Of a stretch of 64,000 bases of DNA, positions 49,079 through 59,090 are shown piece by piece. The notes under the pieces are model-generated. The model did not search any database. It saw only the letters and a program-made list of their open reading frames with translations, and had not been told where the DNA came from. The stretch spans positions 4,621,777-4,685,776 of the forward strand of contig BDGG01000004.1 of assembly GCA_001949185.1 (NCBI GenBank). The letters are read 5' to 3'. Source of the stretch: Ramazzottius varieornatus (Eukaryota > Animalia > Tardigrada). Both the position numbers and the translations under genes were made by a program. Position 1 is the stretch's first letter; each line of letters begins with the position of its first letter.

Positions 49079-50943
49079 TCAAATAATTAGCATAACAGGA
49101 AGAAGTGAGAAACGCCGTCTTGACTCTCGACAACATGGTGCAACATGTAGACCCTAATTACGTCGCTATAGTACTGCGTTTACTCATGAAAATATTAATG
49201 GTCTTTTTTATTAGCGTCACCACTACTTCCGCGTTCCTACCCGGTTTTCGGTGTTCAAGATGCTATGGGTAATACTGTACACCTGCAACTGTCAATCGCA
49301 GCACCAATCATCATCATCCTTATCTTGTATTCTCTAGCGATAGGTGTACGACGTCTGTGTGAGACATGTAGGATCGGAAGTACGGCGGAAGACTTCCTTT
49401 GGCATTGTCATGCAGAAGTTTCATGCTTCATCCGTTTCGCGCTTTTACGTAATACCTCTGATCATGCGGCACTCCTCGCTGTGCTTATCATACTAGCTAT
49501 TGCTAACGACCACTGAAAATAATGCGGCAAGTAAAAACTCGTAGTCCTACCTGGCCGAGAGCAAACCCAAGGACCTAAAGGCCCAAGGAAATTAAGGATT
49601 CAAGGACCATACCGAGTCCAGAGGAATTTTGCAGATTTTCGTAAGATAGTAATATCATCCTATCATTCCATTTTTGAGTCACCTTGTATCTCGTCCACCT
49701 TATGAACCAGCCTACAGTACTTAAGTAAACAACTGTCTCCAAATGATTTTCCGACATTCGTTGGCAAACATGTCTGATAGTCTGATGGTTTAGGGATGAC
49801 AGGTTATTTGCCAAAATGGGAGTATGATATCCCATGGAATGGCCCGATGCATAATTTATGAACTACATCCCCCTGATTTAGTGCACTTACCTCATAAAAC
49901 ATTTCTCTTTATAGCCTTCATGGTCAGACTGAGCAATATATCCGTCACAATCTTTGCCGGACACTAGACGATCATAATGGAAAAATGGTAGTCATTTCCA
50001 CAAGATCGTTATTCTACTTAACTGAAGATAACATTAGTCTCAAATGTCTGCGTAACTCAAGTCCATATGACAACTTTAACCACATAAAACAGGATGATCA
50101 CTCACTTCCGCCTGGCCGAAGGTGCGTTATCTCCCGCTCTCGAGCCGTGTTCGCATCTGCAGTATCCTTCGGTCATTTTTACTGTCTCATCTATCTACTT
50201 TATTGTCATTTCTATCTTGGTTCTCAGTTGGACAGTTTCGGTTCACAGTTTAGACGCCAGCTTGTTTTTATGGTATATGCCTGTTTTGGTGCGCCTTTTG
50301 CCAGGTGACTACCAGTTAGTACTCTGTAACGACCCATCTTGTATAAAGGGTTGCGGTCGGGACTTCCTCATTGTCCGCAGATACTTTTTATGGGCATGCG
50401 CATTCCCACCACCCGAAATCGGGTACCTTTGAATGGCAGAAGGAACAGCCATACTGTTAGCTGGTATCAGGTAACAGTGAGCAATTAATGACTTTAAACA
50501 ATTGAACTTGTTGACTGGTGTCTAATTGTGCTGCCTGTTCAGCGATCAGATTATACAGTATAGGCCAGACAAACAAGTCAATTAGGCCAATCATTACTGC
50601 CTGGAATAAGCGGGATTGAGGGAACACTTACCACCTATACCTTATCCTAAAAGGCGGCTGGAGCAAAGCCGCTCTTTACGCCAACATAGTGTCTTTAAAG
50701 ACTTCTCAATTCCCTCAAAGACCGTCAAGTGATTAACGATGTTTTTCCATTTAGTGCTGTTGAGCCACCGATATACCACCTCGCCGCTGTGACCGACCAC
50801 TGGATAGCTTGAAACTCAACTTGTTGTCTCTAGTATCGCATTTCGTACTGGGAACGTTTAAACTCGGGCCGTCGTCGCATTCCTTCGGAAATCAGCTGGC
50901 AAACCGAGACCACTGCTCGCTACAAGATTCCCTGTTCAGGAAG

Positions 50944-51798
50944 ATGACCTCGGGAAAGCTAGGTAGTTTTTCCATCGAATCCATACTGACGAAGAGCGAA
51001 ATCCCGCCACGCCCTTCGTCTCGGAAGACTGACCTTTGGAGCCACATCCCGTCATCTACTGCAGCCGACTCTGCGGCGACTCATCTAAACAAACTGATGT
51101 ATCCCTGGTTTGCCGCTTGTCCAGCTCCTTTAGATACTTCCCTTCAGTCTTTGTCTCACCCACATCCATCCACCATGCAGCACCAGCCGCCATTTCCCGC
51201 TTCCAGCTATCCAGGTCAGTGTAACGTTTCCAGCTTATTTCTTGGGGAATCCATCATTTCACTTGACTGAAGCGAGACAGTCAACGAAATATGTTCATAT
51301 TCCTTCTTCTAAAAAGGAATGAGAAATCGTCGAGTTCGAAAGGCTAATTTCGACCGGAAGCCCCGGCAGGCTTACACCAGCAAACAACTGGAGCGGCTGG
51401 AAATCGAGTTCAAAGGGGACAAGTACTTGACGGTGTCCAAGCGAGTTCATCTGGCAGAATTCCTCGAACTGACAGAAGCACAAGTGAAAACCTGGTGTGC
51501 TTTCTAAGACCATCCAATTTTTTCTCGCTTGACTTTTTTCAGAGCATAGCTTCCTTTTACCAGGTTCCAAAATCGGCGGACCAAATGGAAGAAGCAAATG
51601 AGTGCAACACAGCGACGCTTGACCCTAGTCCAAGGATGGCCCATGAATCCTCATTTTCCTTTCCCTACTTCCGCGTCCTGCTCGGGCTTGCTACCCTCTT
51701 CCTTCACTCAAGTGCTATCGACTGCCCAAGGACCTTCTGCGAATCCTCAAGCCTCCAGATCATCCTTCCAACCTGCCGAAAACAATCGACGGGGATAG
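50944..51798 (+). CDS. lms: NK-like homeobox protein, Nedx / lateral muscles scarcer family
   Basis: eh1 motif FSIESIL. Homeodomain RKPRQAYTSKQLERLEIEFKGDKYLTVSKRVHLAEFLELTEAQVKTW/FQNRRTKWKKQ, with an intron in helix 3. Confidence 0.82.
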
Positions 51799-51957
51799 AT
51801 GATCTAGATTTCAACCGGGCACGACTTCTTTGTTTGATCTCAGCAAATCTAACACTGCGTTACTCGAATAAAATTCAACAAAATGTTTGTTTAGCATTAC
51901 TTTGATCTCAGACTTCTTTTCATAACAGATCAAATCTTTTTACTCAGTCAGGATAAC

Positions 51958-53937
51958 TCAATAATTACAAACTTTATCATACCGGCTTTTCAGGTCGTTG
52001 TCAACAAAATCCTTAAAAAGGACAAATGGAAACCTGGCAGTTTCCGAGGAACTCTGCTGTGAGAAACAAGAAATTCGCGAAGTAACATCTTCGCCATTAT
52101 GAATTATTCTAAAATACACGTCCTCACTAGCACCATCAGATACATCGGTATATAGTTCAAAGAGAACAAAACTTGCATATGGTATGACAATATGGAAAGG
52201 CAAACCGAGGGAATGCATTACTGGGACGATCGTCGAATCGTGGGCCGAGAAAAGGGTAAAGCGGTCCTTGTCTTCCACGTTCTTCTCCTTGGCTATCTTG
52301 TCCAGGTTGTCAGCAATGACCTGCAGCAGGCCATAAGCATCACTCACCGACAAGTCCTTGACAACTTGGTGATGTGTCAGCTGGGCCGCTATTGACTCGA
52401 GGATGTGGATGACGTCCAGCAGTTCGCTATAGGAGATGCAAGTGCCATCGAGGCAAGGCATGCGTTTGCCGTGACAGGCAAACTGCAGAAGAACGTCAAA
52501 GACGTGAGCCGGCCACTCTTTCAGCGGGTCTTCTGTATGGGTGGCTAGTATGTCCCGAAGACGACCAACTAATGCCAGTCGCTGGGAGTCTTGGTGCAGA
52601 AGGTCCGTCTTGACTTTGTAGAACTGGTCGGTAAGGTTACGGCCACCGTCACAGGCACACGTCTTGGCCACACTGCAGAACCTGCAACCGCAAAAACATT
52701 CCCGTTGGTTATGGACAGGCACTGTACCACCGTATTATTATAGGAGCTCGGGAAACAAAGTCGACCAGATCGTCATCCTTTGTGACGCGCTTTGTCAGTA
52801 ATTTTAGTTGGGAGTGTGCGCCACTTGACAAAACGGATCAATTTGGAAAAAGACAGAAGGAAAACTTGCATATGGTCTCCGGCAGGCGTCAAGTGAATGT
52901 TTCGAGGCAGCGAACGGTGAGAAGGATCCAGACCTTGCATGAACGCCTGTAATCAGCAGTAAGGAATAACATTTTATTACCTGTGTCGTAGCATAAAAAG
53001 CAAGCTCAAGTACTGTGAAACATACCATTGCCGACTGATAAGTTCTGGGGTAGAACGTCGAGTAAACCGGCGTCTCGTCAGAAACCCATTTACGCCCATC
53101 CGTACCTGCATCGACATACACCGACGGTTATATATAAAAAGCAAACGTCTGATCTGCTCCTCAAGCGGTGCAGTTTTTACACACCTAGCCGTTTGGCTAC
53201 AGCAGCACCCAGTTCCAAATGCTGGATGACGCCCTTCGAGGTTAGCTGGCCATTGAGACAGCCAGATCGTTGTGGAACAAGATGAAAGTCTTCCTCCTTG
53301 CTCTTTTTGAACGACGAGGCTTGGGTGTAGTACGAGAGAAAAGTTTCGGGAAGGGAATGCTCCTCTTCGTAAGGGCAGTCGGATGGCGAGTCTTTCACGG
53401 TAAAGAGAGCGCCACGGTCGCCATGTCGAATCAACAATTGTACGCCCAGTAAACGTTCATTCACTCTGCGCGGTACTGAAACATGCAAACATTTCAGGTA
53501 TCTGACAGTACAAGCTATAATCACAATTCGCTAGAAGCTGGGCAGAGTATGTACAATTACACTCAAGTTTTGGTCCTTCGCAGTAATACTCCAGACGACG
53601 ATAGTCCTCCGCTCCCAGTTCCAGCTTTTTCCGCCATGCACCTCGGCGAACGTTCCACAGATAGCCCGTGTAAAACCTGGCCGCGTTCAGGATGTCACTC
53701 ACACCGTAACGCAACTTCCCGGTTCCATCTGTGAGAACAGAGTAAAGGAGGTTACCTTCCATAGGCCAACCAAACTACACGTAGGTCGAAATCCGACACT
53801 ATGGTGCTTGTACAAAGAAGCTTGCACAAAGAAGTCGAGGAACACTCACGTCGATAGTTACCTAGAATGGAGAAGGCGAAGAAGACTGCAGCAATAGCGC
53901 CGACAATCCAGACTAGTCGTAATAAAGTGACGCGCAT
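51958..53937 (-). CDS. PXYLP1: Histidine acid phosphatase, 2-phosphoxylose phosphatase 1 (ACPL2)-like, type II membrane protein
   Basis: N-terminal transmembrane segment, YYC motif, catalytic RHGDR, GQLTSKGVIQHLELG, STFYPRTYQSA and LFSAHDSTI. Confidence 0.8.
52742..52845. repeat. Family A intronic palindromic element (PXYLP1-like)
   Basis: GGAGCTCGGGAAACAAAGTCGACCAGATCG...GTGCGCCACTTG. Confidence 0.75.
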
Positions 53938-54616
53938 TTCCGTCGGAAGTCAAGTAGTAGCAACTAAGGCTAAGCCCACTTCAAGCGCTCTCCCCTGAAC
54001 CGCGTTCGACGAGCAATGGTTGGTTCCAAAAATCGTTTTCATCTATGGTCGGCGAACGTTCCCGTCCTTATGGGACGCCGACAACAGTTCAAGCCGAACG
54101 TTGCCCCTTCGCCGGAAAGATCCAGAGAAGCACACACAGGTTCTAGAAACTTGAGAAAATTGATAAGTTTGACTAGTTGTTGTCATTCGCTACTTTGCGA
54201 ATACATTAGGGTGGCACTTGGGTCGAAAAACCTCCCAGCGCAGTGGGATTCTCAGAACACCAATCAAGCGAAGGAAAATGATCAGGCACTCCGCCACCGG
54301 CCACCCTACCTGTGGGCTGTGGTTCGACTGGGGTGGGGGCTGAATTTAGCGCCGTTTTAGACCTTTGGAATTGTTAAGCAGAATTCTGAAATAGCCAATC
54401 TCAGCTTTCTGAGAATCTTTCTGCTTGCAAAGATCAGGCGAAGGAGGCGTTCGTCCATATCTCTGTTCCCTCTTGACCCTGGTCCCGTCGCTGCTGGGAT
54501 CGGACCTCGCGCAGAATTACTGAGTCATACCTGCTGTCTCTTTCAGGAAGCGAACTGTTGAACCTGTTGAACTGGAGTTACTGGAAAAGATTTGCTCGTC
54601 GTCTGCAGACCCGAAA

Positions 54617-56315
54617 ATGAAGACCAACGCAGCAGGTAAGCCGGGAGCATACGTGGGCATTGCCGATCTTCCCAACCAGGTGTACCGCCGAGTGGTCAAG
54701 CAGGGCTTCACGTTAAACATGCTGATCTTGGGACGAACGGGCTTAGGAAAACGCACATTCGTCAATTCTCTCTTCGGCGTGAACGTCTGCGACGTCAGCG
54801 AGCAAACGGACACTTCTAAAACGCTGACGGTGGAGAAGGAAACCTTCCAGATCGAGACGCAGGGCGTTCGTGTCTTGGTCAACATTTTGACGGTTCCGGG
54901 ATTCGGCGATCAGATCGACAACTCGGCGGCAGAGGAAGTGGTGAGCAGGTATATCGATGCGCAGTTTCAAGACTACTTCGAGGCTTCACACCAGCGCAAG
55001 AGTCAGTCACGACGAGTAGACAATCGCGTTTTTTGTTGTCTGTACTTTCTGCCACCCACGGGACATCAACTGACTCCCCTGGACATCTTGATGATGAACA
55101 GTTTGGGACTACGTACTAACCTGATTCCCGTCGTCGCCAGAGCCGATTCCTTCACTGTGGATGAACGAGAGGCTTTCCGCGAGCTGGTTCGCTCACAACT
55201 GAGCCAGAACGACATTCAGGTACGAGTTATTGGAAGTCTGGACATAGAAATATCAACGCGGGGGCCATCTCCTCTGCTAGTATAGTCTGTTCATGTTATG
55301 TTAAATTGGTATTACGTAATTTGGCAATTCATGACATGTCTTGTATAGTAAGTACGTCTGTGATGTTTGCAGATATACGTCTTTCCCCCGGACGAGGATG
55401 ATGGCGACGCCAACTCGCGCGACTCGGACTTTATGCGAAGTCTGGCTCCCTTTGCCGTCGTGGGGAGCAACACAGTGACAACACGCAAAGATGGAAGTCA
55501 AGTCCGTGTTCGAAAGTATCCTTGGGGAACGGTGGACATCGAGTCGCCAGAATGCAGCGACTTGGCCGTTCTTCGTCGTCTTCTCCTGTTTAACCATCTA
55601 CCGGACTTGGTCAGCGTCACGGATGGTCTCCACTATGCCAACTACGTCCGTCAAGTGGTCAGTAAGGTGGGACCAGCTTCCGACTCGCGCTATATTAGTC
55701 GTCAGAGTTTGATGAAGAGCCCTATGAAGAACGGCAGAGAACCCTTCAGTTCCCCCATGAACATGGAGGTAGGTTATAACGAAGGGATCTCCAAACAAAT
55801 TATGATCAGAAGGAAGAAGAGAAGCGATCACAATACATGAAAGCAAATGCGGAACCGTGATGTATATGGAAGCTTGGTAAACAAACTCGACGGGTTCCCC
55901 AAGCGGCGCATACTGTAAGCCGTGAACACTGTAGGCGTGCGCCGCTTGGGAAAAGCCGTCTTGTGGATTTTGTTTGCTGATGAGCTTCCAGATGGGGAAA
56001 TCCAACGTAAGTCCTGTTTTTCAGGTGGACCATGAGGACGTGGAGGCTTGTATCGACAAGATGAAAGAAGGCTTTGAGAAGTTGTTCGAGCGCAAGATGG
56101 CTGAAAAGAAAGAGAGACTACAGCAGATAGCCAAGGACTTCGAGGACCGCTACGGAGACTGGGAGGAGGATGTGCAGTGTAAGAAGGCACGTTACCTAGC
56201 GGACAAGAAAGAATTCGAACGTCAAGTCCAAGAGTTCGCCAAAGCATATCCTCAGATATCCGATCGTCTGGTGTACGAACGTTTGAAACACTCTGAAGCG
56301 CGTCGGGCGTTCTAG
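54617..56315 (+). CDS. Septin (SEPT7/peanut-like N-terminus, divergent G motifs); may have an upstream exon
   Basis: YVGIADLPNQVYRRVVKQGF, GRTGLGKRT, PGFGDQIDN, DNRVFCCLYFLPP, NLIPVVARAD, PFAVVGSN, RKYPWG (septin unique element) and a C-terminal coiled coil. Confidence 0.9.
55867..55990. repeat. Family A intronic palindromic element (septin)
   Basis: TGGAAGCTTGGTAAACAAACTCGAC..CCCAAGCGGCGCA...TGCGCCGCTTGGG..TTTGTTTG..GAGCTTCCA. Confidence 0.85.
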
Positions 56316-56748
56316 TCGGGTTCTCGCTTTGCTTGATTCTTGGCTGCGATCGGGTGTTCGCCGGTCGACTTCGGCTTTTTGTACGTCGGTCCATTTTTAG
56401 GGCAAGTATGTTAAGCACACTAGCAAGTTATTTGATTCTTCTTAAAATCTTTTACCGAAACTGGCACTTGAAACTGGGCTTTCGTGCCAAGCGGCAACGT
56501 GTTATATTATATTAAACATGACGATGTCAAGTTTTGGGAACAAAAGGGACAGAAAAGGAATGACTCGATAAACGATGATTATACTGATTTATGAAAGGTT
56601 GTAACTGAGATTTATCAAAGGAGTCGGCTTTATTATGACCATGCACACAGCTGAGCCGGAAGGCACCACATTTTGGCAGAGTATTTCCTACTTTGTACCA
56701 CGTAAGTCGTGCGAAGCCCACGAAGGTCTCCAGGCCGAAGGTGCTGTC

Positions 56749-58251
56749 TCAGCTGTCGGAAGATGGGGGCTTGCCCATATTCTTCTTGTAGCGAATTCGC
56801 TTGTTACCTGCCGGGAAAAATACGTTACATCTGCAGTACGCCTGCTGAAATCGGTACTTGACAGCTGTAACAGCTGTAACAGTGCGCATGTTTCTTACCG
56901 AACCAATTCGAAACCTGTGGGAGAGAAAGGGCGGAAAAACTTATCTGAGTTTCCACGTAAATGGGCTATTCGCAAGCGAGAAGAAGACGAAAACGCATGT
57001 AAGAAGACGTACCTGACTAACGGTGATTCCACATTTTCTGGCCAGTTCTTCTGCAGAAAAATACCTTGATGAAAATTAAATCCACGGGACGTTTTGCGTA
57101 TTGCAGGAAAACGTGACCAGTTTGTCGGTCATCGGCGACCTCTAGTTTACTCAGTACCTTTTGCTTCTTCGCTCGGATACCTGTTAAACCGAATGACACG
57201 GTGAATTAGTCTTCGAGGCACCTGGGATGTCTAAAACGGTGTCGAACATGAGATCGTTACTTACGGATTGGCCAAGTGAGCATAGAAGTAATCAGTGAGA
57301 ACTTGTGTTGACGGTTTTGGGAAATTCCGTCGTTTCCTCCTACGACAAGGAAGCAATTAAACGTTGATGCTTGAAATTTGTTATAACCGTATTATTGACG
57401 AACCTGGCGTCGAGGGTTCTCGACCGGAGCAACATGACGTGCTCACAGCTCGTTTGCTTCAGCTGCATTTCAACTGAACCCAGCTTCCCTTCAATGATAC
57501 GCACAGTCTTCTCAACCTGTTCGCCGGTGATAGGACGAATAGCGGCTTGGTTCAGCAAGAGGTCCCGCACATGCTTGGTGAAGCTTTCTCGGTTCTACGA
57601 AGGAACCTTTTGTCAGACGCCCACCGACATACTACTGAAATCTTGTGGATCGAATAGTTTACGTCACCTCTTGATACTCAGCCATGTCAGATTGGTAACT
57701 GCTCCGAATGGAGGCAAGCTTGTTGCGGTATTCGGCGTTATCATTGGGCGAACCCATCTCACTTCCGGTCGAGCTCGAGGCAGCGTTGAGACCACTGGTC
57801 AAGGCAGCGTTACCAACAACACTGCCCAGTTTTTCTGGACCACAGATACCTTCTGCTATCAGCATGTTGTCGAGACGAATCAGCTGAGGGTCAGGACCAT
57901 CATTGTCCATGTGATTACGATGGGACAAGCCTGAAAAACGTACGTGTCTTTGCGCTCTTGATCAATCCATTATCTCAATGAACCTTTCAGCACCCACCTG
58001 TCCTTTCTTTCATCTCTTTCAGGATCTCATAGAGGACTGGTCTCATTGGATGACCACAAAGGTTACTTCTCCTACGAAGAAAGACGCGATGACTATGACT
58101 GCGGCTCCATAAACTCAAAGTTGCAGTTAGATAACCAACGAGGCTTTCACCAAAGATCCTCAACGAAAATCTATAAGAACACCTACCACACATGAGCCTC
58201 ATCAATATACGACGAGCTGCTCAGAATATTGACCATCTCCAGGAGATCCAT
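56749..58251 (-). CDS. exd: Extradenticle/PBX paralog 2 (divergent TALE homeobox)
   Basis: PBC domain (HPMRPVLYEILKEMKERT; [15 protein letters not shown]; QLKQTSCEHVMLLRSRTLDAR). The homeodomain splices as [61 protein letters not shown]. Confidence 0.85.
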
Positions 58252-59090
58252 GGTAATCTTGAAATACTACTTAAAACCGAAATTCCAAGCAATTCAAGTT
58301 CCCGTTCGCTGGAAAAGAACAGGATACTGCTGTGTAGCTTATCCAGTTTTGACGTGCGACTGGTGACTCCTGACCGATCGATGATTGATACAGAGGAGAG
58401 GTAAAATATGGAGCCACATTTCGGAGCGTCACGTCGGTAACTTCTGCCTGAATTCGAGACAGCACATTCAGCCTTATTTGGGAATGCTCGTCTTCTTTGT
58501 TGCCTTGTCTAGTTTGCCCTGCCGAAAGAGTCTGTAGCAAGAGATTCAGGCTGACCGCTGGTCACACCAATATCCAATTGCTTCTCTCTCCATGCACTAT
58601 AGCGACAGAGCAGGAAACAGCCATGCAGCTTTCTCGATCAGGCGAGTAGCGATCTTCTTCAACGAGATTAGCGACATGGACAGCGGCCATGCGTGCGCAG
58701 AGTGAGACGTATGCTGTCCCAAAGAAGGAAGTATCCATAGCGTATAGGCCGGCTGTCAGCACATTCCATCATTCGGAAGCCGGACAATCTACAACAGTAC
58801 GTTTGTAACAGCTGACAAGAGCAAAATTCGATAAAAATGGAAAAGGACGAACGGGGAAAAGAGATCACTGGTATGTAGGGTTGTCAATAACACCAAAAAC
58901 ACGAGTTCGACCATCTGTTTCAAACCATACAAAATGCTAAAGTGGTCAGCAATGTCAACTGCAGAGTAAATGTTAACCCCATCGAAACGAAGGTGCTGAA
59001 GTAGACAAAAAGTGAGAAAGCCGTCCAGCGCTAAAGGTTATCCGTTGAGAGAAGTGAGGAAACATTGCAAGATCTTTATCCACCGTCAGG

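Noticed and set aside
56749-58251. exd paralog 2 as a pseudogene
   Set aside because: The apparent breaks in the homeodomain resolve into canonical GT-AG introns with a continuous reading frame.
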